A stretch of 64,000 nt of DNA, from contig CAWBZV010000005.1 of assembly GCA_963793305.1 (NCBI GenBank), positions 160,001-224,000 on the forward strand, read 5' to 3'. The position numbers and the translations under genes are program-made. Positions 31,553-42,194 of the stretch are shown in pieces. The notes beneath the pieces were generated by a model. It ran no database searches. It was not told where the DNA came from and worked only from the letters and a program-made list of their open reading frames with translations. How positions within the stretch are numbered: the first letter of the stretch is position 1; every line of letters begins with the position of its first letter. Source of the DNA: an uncultured Gemmatimonadales bacterium. Lineage in GTDB: Bacteria; Gemmatimonadota; Gemmatimonadetes; Gemmatimonadales; Gemmatimonadaceae.

Positions 31553-31929
31553 ATGATTCGCATGACCCTAAGCGCGCTGGCGCTGGCAGTCGCGGTTGCG
31601 TTGCCCGCCACATTCGCGCGCAGCAGGCTTCGCCTGATTCGACGCCGACCCCGTCAACGACGACAGCCGCACCGCATCGCCATCACTTCGGCCGGCGCTT
31701 GTTCCACGGCGTCAATCTGACGGCGGCCGAGAAGACGCAAATCCGCGCGATCCATCAGAAGTACGAGCCGCAAATCAAGACCGCGCGCCAGTCTGGTGAC
31801 AAGCCGACGATTCGTACGCTGCGCACCCAGCAACTCGATGAGATGCGCACCGTGCTCACGCCCGACCAGCAGACGACATTCGACACCAATCGCGCCGCGC
31901 TCAGAGCGCGCGCACAGAAGCAGTCTTAA
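31553..31929 (+). CDS. Spy/CpxP-like periplasmic protein (apparent frameshift near 31615)
   Basis: GGAGG RBS, signal peptide, LTAAEK and VLTPDQ LTxxQ-type motifs. Confidence 0.7.
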
Positions 31930-32357
31930 TCGTCCCGTTGTCGCCGCCGCCGCTCCGCCTTGAGGCGCGAGCGGCGGCGTTTGTCATTGAGTCGCGTCGC
32001 GACCGACGATGCCGTTGGCCGTGTGGCCCGCCGCGGCTTGGGGACGTGCAGCGCCCGACGAATGAGTGCCGCCAATCGAGTCTCGGCCTCCTCGCGATTG
32101 CGGCGCTGACTGCGCGAGTCGGACGCGACGACGCGTACGTTGCCCTCGGCGTCCACCCGCGCACCGAGTCGCTCCCGCACCCGCGCGCGCTGGACATTGT
32201 CGAGCGCCGTCGTGCGATCGATGTTCCACACGACTTCGATGCGGGTCGATGACGTGTTGACGTGCTGCCCACCCGGCCCGCCGGACCGCGTCGCCCGCAC
32301 GGTCAGCTCGGCCCGGGGAATGCTCACACTCCCATTGACGTTGAGGTCGTCGCGCAC
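31926..32357 (-). CDS. arfB: Alternative ribosome rescue factor ArfB/YaeJ
   Basis: RSGGPGGQHVN, RSQRRNR, basic tail. Confidence 0.9.
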   Translation of the reverse strand: MRDDLNVNGSVSIPRAELTVRATRSGGPGGQHVNTSSTRIEVVWNIDRTTALDNVQRARVRERLGARVDAEGNVRVVASDSRSQRRNREEAETRLAALIRRALHVPKPRRATRPTASSVATRLNDKRRRSRLKAERRRRQRDD

Positions 32358-33223
32358 TACACGTGGGCAGCGCGGAGCACACGGAGGGCGGCAACACGTC
32401 GTCCCTCGATCGCGATGATCTCGAGCTCGCCGGCAGGAAACGGGACCCGGTCGCCGAGCTTCGGCAACCGCCCCAGCTTCGCGAACGCATACCCGCCGAT
32501 CGTTGTCCACTCTCCATCGGGGATGGCGACGTGATGTTCAGACCGAACATTGATCAACGACAGATTCCCGGCGAGCTCCAGCACGCCCTCGAACTCGAAC
32601 GACCGTCGCACGGCGGGCTCGTCCTCATCGGCGATGTCACCGATGATCTGTTCGATGAGATCTTCCATGGTCACGATGCCGGCCGTCCCGCCATACTCAT
32701 CGAGCACGACCGCGAGATGCTGCCGTCGGCGCCGCAAATCGTTCAAGACGCGCTCAGCCGGCACGCTGGCCGGCACATACACTGCCTCGCGGATCAGCGC
32801 GCCGAGATCGAACGATTCCGCCGTCCAGAGATCCTTGGCGATGAAGATGCCGACGACATCGTCGAGTGACTCCCGGTAGACGGGATAGCGCGAGTAGCGC
32901 TCCGTGCGAAGCACGGCCCGTACATCGTCTTCGGTCGAATCGATGGACAACGCGATGATCTCGGTCCGCGGCCGCATGACGTTGTGCGCCCGCTTGTGCT
33001 GAAAGTCGATGACGCCGCCGATCATCTTGGCATTGCCGGCCCGCGCGTCGGCGAGGAAGCGGCGGCGCTGCTCGGGTGGCAGTCCGCGCACCCACGCCGA
33101 CCCCACCTTGCGGCCGACCCGCCAGGTCACGCCCTGCGCCGCGGCGATAATCGCGCCGAAGATCGACTGCGCGAGGTCGGCGAATGTCGTCCACGCGCGG
33201 CCTCGTCGTGCACCTTCGTTCAC
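32357..33223 (-). CDS. CBS/CorC-HlyC domain protein lacking an obvious DUF21 membrane domain
   Basis: MRPRTEI, YSRYPVY, DEYGGTAGIVTMEDL, TIGGY. Confidence 0.85.
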   Translation of the reverse strand: MNEGARRGRAWTTFADLAQSIFGAIIAAAQGVTWRVGRKVGSAWVRGLPPEQRRRFLADARAGNAKMIGGVIDFQHKRAHNVMRPRTEIIALSIDSTEDDVRAVLRTERYSRYPVYRESLDDVVGIFIAKDLWTAESFDLGALIREAVYVPASVPAERVLNDLRRRRQHLAVVLDEYGGTAGIVTMEDLIEQIIGDIADEDEPAVRRSFEFEGVLELAGNLSLINVRSEHHVAIPDGEWTTIGGYAFAKLGRLPKLGDRVPFPAGELEIIAIEGRRVAALRVLRAAHV

Positions 33224-33277
33224 GTTGGGAAACTCCGTGCGGTCAAGCTCGTCTCTTGATAATAACCCTGTGATGTC

Positions 33278-34963
33278 GTGACGTTGATCAGTCCGTCATT
33301 GAGCCCCCCGCGGGCCAAGCTCCAGCAAGCCATGACCGATCCACGCCGCATCATGCGCGGCGTCTACGTCGGTCGCTTCATCATCTCGGTCGCGATCTTC
33401 CTCGCCGCGCAGCTCGTATGGGAGCGGACGCCGACGGAAGATGCGCGGCTGGCCTCGCTCATCTTCGCGGTCGCGATTCTCTTCACGGCCGCGTCCGCAA
33501 CGTATAGCGAAGTCGTTCACGCCGGCTCCCGCCCGATCCCGCGCCCCTTCTTCTCGCTCCAGACGGCGTTCGATATCGCGCTGGTCACGGCCGTGGTCCA
33601 CGTCACGGGTGGGTCGCTCTCCCCGTTCGTGTGGCTCTACATCCTCGTCATCGCCTGCGCCGCACTGTTGCTGCCCGTGGGCGCGGGGCTCTTGATCGCC
33701 CTCGCCTGCGATGTCTGTTACTTCGCCGAAGTCCTCTGGCTGAGTCACACGGCGCCGGACGTTGGTGTCTGGCTCCAACTCGTCGTCTTCGGCACCGTCG
33801 CACTCGGCAGCGGCTATGTCGGCGCCCGACTGCAGCAAGCCGGCGCCGGCACCGCGGCCGAACTGGTGTTCGTGCGGCTGCAGGCCGAGGACATTCTCCG
33901 CAATATCCGGAGCGGCATCATCACGATCGACGCCCGGGGATATTTGCTCTACGCCAACCCGGCCGCCACGGATTTGCTGGGAATGAGGCCACGCCGTTCG
34001 ACGGGTGCACCAGTCGTGCAACAAATCGCGTCCGTCGCGCCGCGCCTGGCGCGGGCGCTCGAGGAGGCTGCCACCCATCGGTTCAGAACCACCCGCGGCG
34101 AGGACATCGTCACGCTGCCGGATCGCGCCTTCCCCATTGGCGTCACGACGACGTTCAGCGATGGCGACGGCACCCCCGGCTCGGCCACGGCGACCGCCAT
34201 TTTTCAAGACATCTCCGGCCAGAAGCGTCTGGAAAGCCTCCACGTGCGCGCGGGCCGTCTGGAGGCGGTCGCCGAGCTGGGCGCGTCGCTCGCCCACGAG
34301 ATCAAGAACCCGCTGGCCTCTATACGCAGCGCCGTCGAACAGTTGGCGCGGATGCCCCAGGCCGACGAGGACGCGCGGACGTTGGGATCGCTGATCACGC
34401 GCGAATCGGACCGGCTGTCACGTCTTTTGACAGAGTTCCTCGACTTCGCGCGCGTGCGCGTCACGCGTCTTCAGGCCGTCGATGTGGGCTCTATCGCGGC
34501 GGCCGCCGTCGATCTGGTCGCGACGCACCCGGATCGGGCATCTGGCGTCTCCATAACCTGTTCCGTTCCCGACACTCCGCTCGTCATCGACGGGGACGAA
34601 GATCTGTTGCACCGCGCCGTGTTCAATCTCGCACTCAATGCGGCGCAAGCGACGCCACCGAACGGGAAGGTCCGCGTGGAGGTCGCGCCGGTCGCGGCGG
34701 AACAACTCCCCAGTGGCGTGTCGTTCGACTCGGGCGCGGTCGCGCTCAAGGTGAGCGACAATGGACCGGGGATCGCGCCGGAAGTGCGCGAGCGCATGTT
34801 CGAACCATTCATGACGACAAAACCAGGCGGGAGCGGATTAGGCCTGTCCGTTGTGCACCGCGCGATCGAAGCCCATCGCGGGGTGGTGCTCGTTGATACC
34901 GATGCGACGGGGACCCGTTTCACTGTGTTGTTGCCTTACTCGCAGAACGAGGACGTGGCGTGA
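33278..34963 (+). CDS. pilS: Membrane PAS histidine kinase, PilS-like
   Basis: TM helices, PAS, AHEIKNPL, DNGPG, FMTTK, GLGL; paired with a sigma54 regulator near the pilins. Confidence 0.85.
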   Translation: MTLISPSLSPPRAKLQQAMTDPRRIMRGVYVGRFIISVAIFLAAQLVWERTPTEDARLASLIFAVAILFTAASATYSEVVHAGSRPIPRPFFSLQTAFDIALVTAVVHVTGGSLSPFVWLYILVIACAALLLPVGAGLLIALACDVCYFAEVLWLSHTAPDVGVWLQLVVFGTVALGSGYVGARLQQAGAGTAAELVFVRLQAEDILRNIRSGIITIDARGYLLYANPAATDLLGMRPRRSTGAPVVQQIASVAPRLARALEEAATHRFRTTRGEDIVTLPDRAFPIGVTTTFSDGDGTPGSATATAIFQDISGQKRLESLHVRAGRLEAVAELGASLAHEIKNPLASIRSAVEQLARMPQADEDARTLGSLITRESDRLSRLLTEFLDFARVRVTRLQAVDVGSIAAAAVDLVATHPDRASGVSITCSVPDTPLVIDGDEDLLHRAVFNLALNAAQATPPNGKVRVEVAPVAAEQLPSGVSFDSGAVALKVSDNGPGIAPEVRERMFEPFMTTKPGGSGLGLSVVHRAIEAHRGVVLVDTDATGTRFTVLLPYSQNEDVA

Positions 34964-36348
34964 CCGACGGAAACGGGAATGGCAACGGGAAGCCGTCGGT
35001 CTTGGTGATCGATGACGAGTCGGGGATTCTCGACTCGTTGCGTATTCTGCTCAAGAACGAAGGCTTCCACCCGCATACCGCGCTCGGCGGCAAGATCGCG
35101 TTGGAACAGATCGACGCGATCAACCCCGACATCGTCCTGAGCGATGTCCGCATGCCGGCGGTCGGGGGCGTGCAAGTCTTGAGCGCCGTCCGCTCGCGCT
35201 ATCCCGATACGCCCGTCATTCTCATGACCGCCCAAGCGACGCTCCAGTCGGCGATGCAGGCGGTCAACGAAGGCGCTTTTTACTATATCCAGAAGCCGTT
35301 CCGGAACGACGAGCTCATCGCGATCCTCAAGCGGGCCGCCGAGCACCGTCGTCTCCGCATGGAGAACACGTCGCTCCGCCAGGAGATCAAGCGTCGCGAG
35401 CGCCGGACCGATGGCCGCCCGGTGGGCAACAGCAAGACCTGGCTCGACGTCGTCACGTTGGCCGAGACGGTCGCCCCCACCGAATCGACCGTCCTGATCC
35501 AGGGCGAATCTGGCACGGGCAAGGAAGTCATCGCCCGCTACATCCATCAGCTGTCGAACCGCACCGACGCCCAGTTCGCGTCGATCAACTGCGGCGCGCT
35601 GCCGGAGAGCCTGCTGGAAAGCGAGTTGTTCGGTCACGTCAAGGGCTCGTTCACGGGCGCCGTGAAAGACAAAAGCGGCCTGTTCACCGCGGCGGCAGGC
35701 GGCACGTTCTTCCTCGACGAAATCGGCGAGACCACACCGGCCACGCAAGTCAAGCTGCTCCGGGTGCTGCAACACCGTGAAGTCATCCCGGTCGGCGCGA
35801 CGGACCCGCTCCCGATCGATGTGCGCCTCTTGGCCGCGACGAATCGCGATCTCGAGGAAGAGATCAAGCGCGGCGCGTTTCGCAGCGACCTATTCTATCG
35901 CCTGAACGTGATCGCGTTGCACCTACCGCCCCTGCGGGACCGGCGCGATGACATTCCGCTGCTCGTCGATGCGTTCCTGCGCGGCGCCTCGGAAGCCCGA
36001 AGCGAACCCCAGAAGCGCGTCAGCGACGCGGCGCTCGAAGTGCTGCGCAGCTTCTCCTGGCCCGGCAACGTCCGCGAGCTCGAAAACGCCCTCGAACGCG
36101 CCGTGATTCTGACGCCGGGCGAGGTGATCGAGGTCAGCGCGCTGCCCGAGCGCGTGACCGAGCGCCGGTCAGAGCCGCTCGTATCCGATCGCGTCCCCTC
36201 GACGCCCACGCTCGATGTCATCGAGCGCGCGTATATCCTGTGGGTACTGCAGAGCGAAGGCGGCAACAAGACCCGCGCCGCCGACGTCCTCGGCATCGAT
36301 CCGTCGACGCTCTACCGCAAGCTGTCCCGTTTCGGGGTCGAGGCGTGA
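34960..36348 (+). CDS. pilR: Sigma54-dependent response regulator, PilR-like
   Basis: Receiver domain, GESGTGKE, GSFTGA, WPGNVRELEN, Fis-type HTH. Confidence 0.88.
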   Translation: MTDGNGNGNGKPSVLVIDDESGILDSLRILLKNEGFHPHTALGGKIALEQIDAINPDIVLSDVRMPAVGGVQVLSAVRSRYPDTPVILMTAQATLQSAMQAVNEGAFYYIQKPFRNDELIAILKRAAEHRRLRMENTSLRQEIKRRERRTDGRPVGNSKTWLDVVTLAETVAPTESTVLIQGESGTGKEVIARYIHQLSNRTDAQFASINCGALPESLLESELFGHVKGSFTGAVKDKSGLFTAAAGGTFFLDEIGETTPATQVKLLRVLQHREVIPVGATDPLPIDVRLLAATNRDLEEEIKRGAFRSDLFYRLNVIALHLPPLRDRRDDIPLLVDAFLRGASEARSEPQKRVSDAALEVLRSFSWPGNVRELENALERAVILTPGEVIEVSALPERVTERRSEPLVSDRVPSTPTLDVIERAYILWVLQSEGGNKTRAADVLGIDPSTLYRKLSRFGVEA

Positions 36349-36349
36349 C

Positions 36350-37975
36350 GTGACGAGATGGAAGGCGGCGATCGTGGCGCTGGCTCTGGCCTCATCGCTC
36401 TCGAGCGTCCGCAACGGATTCGCGTACGATGACGTGCCCATGATCTCCCAGAACACGCCGTTCCATGCGCTCGGGAGCATTGGGCATCGGTTCGTCGAGT
36501 CGTACTGGCCCAGAGACCAGGGACACGCGCTCTACCGCCCTCTGACGACAGCGCTGTTCACGCTGGAATGGGCGGTGGGCGGCGGTTCGCCGCTGCCGTT
36601 TCACATCGTCAACATTCTGCTGTACGCGGCCGTCTGCCTGGCGGTCTATGCGCTGGCGCGACGGCTCGTGTCGCCCACCGTGTCCGTGATCGTCGCCGGT
36701 CTCTACGCCATCGACCCCGTGCACGTCGAAGTATTCGCCAACAGCGTCGGCCTCTCGGAGTTGCTCACCGCCTTGAGCGTCATTGGCGCGACGATCTGGT
36801 ATATCGATCGGCGCACCGTGGGTGACCTGCGCGGACGCGATGTCGCCTTGCTGTCGTGTGTCTATGCTCTCGGGTGTCTCGCCAAAGAGTATACGATCGT
36901 TCTGCCCGCGATCTTGGTCGCGGCCGAGCTCACGGTCATTACGGACGATCGGCCGCTCATTGAGCGGGCGAGAGCACTGCGTCTCCTCCTGCTTTCGCTG
37001 ACGCTCGTCGCCGTGGCCTATATCGCCCTTCGGATCCACGTCACGGGTTCGCTCGTCGCCGAAAATCCGGCGATCCCGCTCCGCGATGCGGCCTATGCCA
37101 CGCGCTGGTGGACGATGCTCAGCCTCGTCACGGAGTGGGTACGGCTTCTGGTGTGGCCGGCGCATCTGGCCGCCGTGTACTCGCCGCCCGGCACGCCGCT
37201 CTACCAGCACGCCAATCTCCAGTCCGCGATCGGGGCCGCACTCCTGCTGGCCGTTGGGGCGCTGGCGCTCGCTGGACGGAGGCGCCTGCCGGTGGCGTCG
37301 TTCGGCATCGCGTGGATCGGGCTCATTCTGCTGCCCATTAGCAATGTCGTGGTCAAGTCCGGCGTCCTGCTCGCCGAACGGACGCTGTTTCTGCCGAGTG
37401 TCGGCGCGGCGCTCATTCTGGGCGCCATCCTCCCGATCGCGGCCACCTGGTTCCCGTGGTCTCGCGCGATGCGTCTCTCAGCCACGGCGGCCGGGGTGCT
37501 CCTGGTCGGCGCCGGGATCTGGCGCTCGGCGACGCGCGCGGTCGTGTGGCACGACAATCTGACGTTGTTCGCCGCCTCGATCGTCGACGAGCCGCTGAGC
37601 TACGCCGCGCACTTTGGAGAGGCCGGCATGATGTTCGACAATCGGAAGTATGGAACGGCCGAGCGGGAGATCCATATCGCATTGCGCTTGTATGACGGCG
37701 ATCCGCGCGTGTACGTGGACCTGGGTACCGTCTATGAAAAGACCGGCCACTGCGACGCCGCCACCCGGCTGGCGAACCATGCGCTCGAGCTCGAGCCGTA
37801 CTTCGTGATGGCGCGCCTGATGATCGCGCGTTGCTTGGAAAAGGCCGGGGACTACCGCGCGCTGCGGTCAGTCGCCATCGAGGGCCTCGCCGACGGCATT
37901 CAGACCAAGTTGTATCGCGAGGTGCTCTTCACGGCCGACAGCGGCGTTCGTGCGGCTGCTACCGGACAACATTAA
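36350..37975 (+). CDS. TMTC/DUF1736-like GT-C glycosyltransferase with TPR-like tail, copy 1
   Basis: FAYDD, YRPL, PVHVEVF, LAKE, AERTLFLPS, helical C-terminus. Confidence 0.8.
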   Translation: MTRWKAAIVALALASSLSSVRNGFAYDDVPMISQNTPFHALGSIGHRFVESYWPRDQGHALYRPLTTALFTLEWAVGGGSPLPFHIVNILLYAAVCLAVYALARRLVSPTVSVIVAGLYAIDPVHVEVFANSVGLSELLTALSVIGATIWYIDRRTVGDLRGRDVALLSCVYALGCLAKEYTIVLPAILVAAELTVITDDRPLIERARALRLLLLSLTLVAVAYIALRIHVTGSLVAENPAIPLRDAAYATRWWTMLSLVTEWVRLLVWPAHLAAVYSPPGTPLYQHANLQSAIGAALLLAVGALALAGRRRLPVASFGIAWIGLILLPISNVVVKSGVLLAERTLFLPSVGAALILGAILPIAATWFPWSRAMRLSATAAGVLLVGAGIWRSATRAVVWHDNLTLFAASIVDEPLSYAAHFGEAGMMFDNRKYGTAEREIHIALRLYDGDPRVYVDLGTVYEKTGHCDAATRLANHALELEPYFVMARLMIARCLEKAGDYRALRSVAIEGLADGIQTKLYREVLFTADSGVRAAATGQH

Positions 37976-37984
37976 TGTTCCGCC

Positions 37985-38782
37985 ATGACCGACACGCCCC
38001 GTCCACTCCACGAGCCACTGACCGGCCCCACGATTCAGCGTCTGCGGGGTCGTACGCCGATACAGCGCGGCAACGTCCGCTTGTCGGTGCTGATCCCGGT
38101 CTACAACGAGCAAGCGACGATCCGGCTGATCCTGGACCAGGTGCACGCGGTGAAGGTGCAGAAAGAGATCATCTGCGTCAACGATTGCTCGACGGATGGC
38201 ACGAAGGAGATCCTGGACACGCTCGCGGCCGAAGGGAGGATCGACACGTTGATCCACCAGCCGGTCAATCGCGGCAAGGGCGCGGCGATCCGGACGGCGC
38301 TCGCGGCGAGCACGGGCAACATCGTCATCGTGCAAGACGCCGATCTGGAGTACGATCCCGCCGACTGGCCGGTGCTCCTCGAGCCGGTGATCGACGGAGT
38401 GGCCGACGCGGTCTTCGGGTCCCGCTTCATGGGCGGGCCGCACCGCGTACTGTACTTCTGGCACTCGGTCGGCAACGCATTCCTGACGACCTGCAGCAAC
38501 GTCCTCACGAATCTCAACCTGACCGACATGGAGACGTGCTACAAGGCGATCCGCGGCGATCTCGCGCGGTCGCTCGTGCTGACGTCGGATCGGTTCGGGT
38601 TCGAGGTCGAGGTGACGGCCCGGCTGGCGCAGGCCAAGGTGCGGATCTACGAGGTGCCGATCAGTTACTCGGGGCGGACGTACGCGGAAGGGAAGAAAAT
38701 CGGGTGGAAGGACGGGCTGGCGGCCATCTGGCACATCGTGCAATACAATCTCCAGTCGCCATCGCGGTTGCCCTCGCGCTGA
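37985..38782 (+). CDS. GT2 polyprenol-phosphate sugar synthase, DPM1-like
   Basis: IPVYNE, NDCSTDGT, QDADLEYDP, DMETCYK, GKKIGWKDG. Confidence 0.9.
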   Translation: MTDTPRPLHEPLTGPTIQRLRGRTPIQRGNVRLSVLIPVYNEQATIRLILDQVHAVKVQKEIICVNDCSTDGTKEILDTLAAEGRIDTLIHQPVNRGKGAAIRTALAASTGNIVIVQDADLEYDPADWPVLLEPVIDGVADAVFGSRFMGGPHRVLYFWHSVGNAFLTTCSNVLTNLNLTDMETCYKAIRGDLARSLVLTSDRFGFEVEVTARLAQAKVRIYEVPISYSGRTYAEGKKIGWKDGLAAIWHIVQYNLQSPSRLPSR

Positions 38783-40398
38783 TCGCGGCGCTCGCCTACG
38801 CGAACAGTCTCCTCAACGGCTATACCCTCGACGACGCCGCGATCGTACTCGACAACCCCCTGGTCCATAGCCTGACCGGGGTGTGGCGCGCGTTCGCGCA
38901 TCCCTACTGGCCCGAACCGTGGGGGTGGGGTCAGTACCGCCCGCTGGCGATCGCATCGTTTACCGTCCAATGGTGGCTCGGCGGTGGCGCGCCGTGGGTG
39001 TTTCATCTGGTCTGCATCGCCTGGCACGCCACGGCGTGCGTCCTCGTGTGGCGGCTGCTCTCCGCATGGCTCGCGCCCGCCGGGGCGGCATTCGGCGCAC
39101 TCTGGTTCGCGCTCCACCCCGTTCATGTCGAGGCCGTCGCGAGCGTCGTCGGGCAGACGGAGCTCATGGCCGCCGTCTTCGTTCTCGCGGCATGTCTCGC
39201 GCACCGGCGTGGGCAGCGGATCGCCGCGCTCTGGTTCGCGTTGGCGCTGCTCTCGAAAGAGAGCGGCATCGTCTTTCTCGGCCTCGCCTTGGCCGTAGAC
39301 CTCGTAGACGGGGCTCGCCCGGCTCGCCGGTACGCGCTCTACGTGCGGTACGGCGTCGTCGCGGCACTCTATGCGGCCTGTCTCGTGATCCTGTTCGCGA
39401 GCCAACCCTTGAGCAAGATCGCGCCGACGTGGGCGGGCGCGACGGTCGGCGAGCGGTGGCTGACGATGCTCACCGTCGTGCCGCAATACGTGCAACTGCT
39501 GGTAGCGCCGACCACCCTGCATATGGATTACGGGCCGCGCGTGATCGAGCTCGCGACCGCGGTGACGCCGGCAGTTGGGCTTGGCGCCGCGTTGCTCGTT
39601 CTGCTGGTCATCGCTGCGGTGGCTGCGCGAAAGCGGGCGCCGATGGTCACGCTCGGCCTCGCGTGGATCGCGATCGCCATCGCACCAGTGGCCAACGTGC
39701 TCTTTCCCGCGGGCGTCGTGATGGCCGAACGCACCCTCTATCTGCCGAGCGTCGGTGCGGCGCTCATCGCGGGGTGGGTGGCGTATTGGGTGTCGGAACG
39801 CGTGCCACAACGGGCTGCCGCGGCACTCGCCGCCGCGTGCGCCGTGGCCTTTGCGGCCCGGACGTGGACGCGTACGCCGGTGTGGCATGACGACATCGCG
39901 TTGACGCTCGCCGCGCTGCACGACTCGCCGACATCGTACAAAGCCCATCACGCGGCCGGCGTGTTGTTCGCGCAGACCGGGCACTGGACCGAGGCCGCCA
40001 ACGAGTATCGCTATGCGCGATGGCTCTTTCCTCTCGACCTCGAGCCATATCGAGGCGGAGCTGAGGCAGCGCTGGTCGTGCACGACTACGATGCCGCCGC
40101 GGCGCTGCTCGACAGCGCTCGGCATCTGGCGCCCCGCCGCTTCTCCCCGTGGATTCGTCTGGCCGACGTTCGGTTCAAACAGGAGCGGTGGCGCGAGGCG
40201 AGCGCGCTCGCGTTCGGCGCCTATGAGATGAGTCCCGATTCCCTGCGCGCGCTCGGGATCGCCATCAATGCCAACGTGCGGGCGGGTGACATCCGCGAGG
40301 CCGCATCCATCGTCAAGCGCGGGCTCGCCGATCACCCGGGTGACGAGCGGCTCCGCCGGGAGTCAGTGTACGTCGCTGGGCTACCCGGAAAACCATGA
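38704..40398 (+). CDS. TMTC/DUF1736-like GT-C glycosyltransferase, copy 2 (start uncertain, possibly fused to the GT2)
   Basis: YTLDD, QYRPL, HPVHVEAV, LSKESG, AERTLYLPS, TPR-like tail. Confidence 0.8.
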   Translation: MEGRAGGHLAHRAIQSPVAIAVALALIAALAYANSLLNGYTLDDAAIVLDNPLVHSLTGVWRAFAHPYWPEPWGWGQYRPLAIASFTVQWWLGGGAPWVFHLVCIAWHATACVLVWRLLSAWLAPAGAAFGALWFALHPVHVEAVASVVGQTELMAAVFVLAACLAHRRGQRIAALWFALALLSKESGIVFLGLALAVDLVDGARPARRYALYVRYGVVAALYAACLVILFASQPLSKIAPTWAGATVGERWLTMLTVVPQYVQLLVAPTTLHMDYGPRVIELATAVTPAVGLGAALLVLLVIAAVAARKRAPMVTLGLAWIAIAIAPVANVLFPAGVVMAERTLYLPSVGAALIAGWVAYWVSERVPQRAAAALAAACAVAFAARTWTRTPVWHDDIALTLAALHDSPTSYKAHHAAGVLFAQTGHWTEAANEYRYARWLFPLDLEPYRGGAEAALVVHDYDAAAALLDSARHLAPRRFSPWIRLADVRFKQERWREASALAFGAYEMSPDSLRALGIAINANVRAGDIREAASIVKRGLADHPGDERLRRESVYVAGLPGKP

Positions 40399-42194
40399 GC
40401 GAGACGTTCGACGAGCAGGACCGCTGGCAGCGCTGGGCCGTCGCGAGTCTCGCGCTCATCGCCGTTCTGTGCTACGCGAACGCGTTGGCCAACGGGTACG
40501 TGCAGGATGATCAGGGCATCATCCACGACAACCCGCTGGTCACGACGGTATCCGGCCTGTGGCGGGCGTTTATTCATCCGTACTGGCCCGAACGGAACGG
40601 CGCCGGTCAGTATCGGCCGCTCGTCATCGCGTCATTCGTGTTCGACCGCGCCGTCCTGCATCTCGGCGCCTGGTGGTTTCACCTCGAGAACGTCGCCTGG
40701 CACGCGTTCGTGTGCGTGCTCGTGTATCGTCTGCTCTGTTTAACGCTCTCCTGGCGTGCCGCCTGGCTCGGCAGCGCTTGGTTCGCGCTGCAGCCTATAC
40801 ATGTCGAGGCCGTATCGAACGGCGTCGGTCGCTGCGAGCTCATGGCGAGTGCCTTTGTCCTGCTCGCGTTCTTTGCCCACCGGGAACGAAAGCGCATCGC
40901 GGTGCTCTGGTTCGCGCTCGCTCTCGCCTCCAAAGAAAGCGGCATCGTCTTTTTGGGACTCGCTGTACTGAACGACGTATTGCTGAATCGCTCGAGCACG
41001 AACACGACTGGCACGAACGCAACGGACACGAACGCGGCGGCCACCACGACAGGCGCGCAGCGCCTTCGCGAGACGTATCTCTCGTACCTCTGTGTCGCGA
41101 CAGTCTACGCGGGTGTGCTGAGCCTGGTCTTCCAGCACAAGATGTTCGTCGCCACCGCGGTGACGTGGGACGATGCGACTCCGGTCGATCGCTGGCTGAC
41201 AATGCTGCGCGTGGTGCCGGAGATCGCGCGGTTGCTGCTCGCGCCGGTCGACCTCAAAGTCGACTACACGCCGCGCACGATCGATTTGGTCACCACGGTG
41301 ACGCCGGCGGTCGTCCTCGGGGCCAGCCTGCTGGTCGCCTCGCTCATCGCGATGGTGGCGGCCTGGCGCCGCGCGCCGGCGGTCGCGTTCGGCATTGCCT
41401 GGTTCTATATCGCGTTCTCGCCGGTATCGAACGTCCTGTTTCCATCGGGCGTCGTCCTCGCCGAGCGCACGTTGTATTTGCCGAGCGTGGGCGCGGCAAT
41501 GGTGGCGGGATGGATCGCCGAGCGCGTGCTCGCGGCTCGTCCTCGTGCGGTGGCCGTGTTCGCGACCGCCCTGTTCGCGGCCTTCTCGGTGCGCAGCTGG
41601 ACGCGCACGCCCTTCTGGCACGACAAGCGGCATTTCCTGATCCAGGAAGTGTCCGAGGAGCCGGAATCCTACCGCGCGCATTTCACGGTCTGCGTGCTCA
41701 TGGCGCTGGAGAAAAATTTCAGTGCCGGTGCGTACGAGTGCCGGGTCGCGCGGCAGTTGCATTCCCGGGACATTGGCCCGTATGACACCGGCGCGGACAA
41801 CGCCCTGGGTCTCCACGACACCGCGACGGCCGAGGCGTTGCTCGACAGCGCCTTGCACAAGGGTCCCGACGACTACGCGACGCTGCTGCTCTTCTCGCGC
41901 CTGCGCCGCGTCCAGGGTCGCTATCGCGAGTCGATCGCCCTCGCGTTCTCGGCCTACGAGTCCATGCCGGACAGTCTGTCCCCTATCGACGAGTTGACGA
42001 GCTCCGCGCAGAAGCTCCACGACTTTATGGATGCCGAGGCCGCGCTCCGCCGCGCCCTGGCCGACCACCCAACCAGCGCGCACCTGCACGAGAGCTATGC
42101 CGCGATGCTCGCGGATCGCGGGGACACCGCGGCTTCGCGCCGCCAATTGGCACTGGCCAGATCTGGCGCGATCGCCACGCTGTTCAACCAATAG
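40395..42194 (+). CDS. TMTC/DUF1736-like GT-C glycosyltransferase, copy 3
   Basis: YVQDD, QYRPL, PIHVEAV, ASKESG, AERTLYLPS, TPR-like tail; ATGA overlap. Confidence 0.8.
   Translation: MSETFDEQDRWQRWAVASLALIAVLCYANALANGYVQDDQGIIHDNPLVTTVSGLWRAFIHPYWPERNGAGQYRPLVIASFVFDRAVLHLGAWWFHLENVAWHAFVCVLVYRLLCLTLSWRAAWLGSAWFALQPIHVEAVSNGVGRCELMASAFVLLAFFAHRERKRIAVLWFALALASKESGIVFLGLAVLNDVLLNRSSTNTTGTNATDTNAAATTTGAQRLRETYLSYLCVATVYAGVLSLVFQHKMFVATAVTWDDATPVDRWLTMLRVVPEIARLLLAPVDLKVDYTPRTIDLVTTVTPAVVLGASLLVASLIAMVAAWRRAPAVAFGIAWFYIAFSPVSNVLFPSGVVLAERTLYLPSVGAAMVAGWIAERVLAARPRAVAVFATALFAAFSVRSWTRTPFWHDKRHFLIQEVSEEPESYRAHFTVCVLMALEKNFSAGAYECRVARQLHSRDIGPYDTGADNALGLHDTATAEALLDSALHKGPDDYATLLLFSRLRRVQGRYRESIALAFSAYESMPDSLSPIDELTSSAQKLHDFMDAEAALRRALADHPTSAHLHESYAAMLADRGDTAASRRQLALARSGAIATLFNQ

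Noticed and set aside
37831..38703. N-terminal 290 aa of the 855-aa ORF
   Set aside because: Arg-rich alternative frame lying over the genuine GT2 gene
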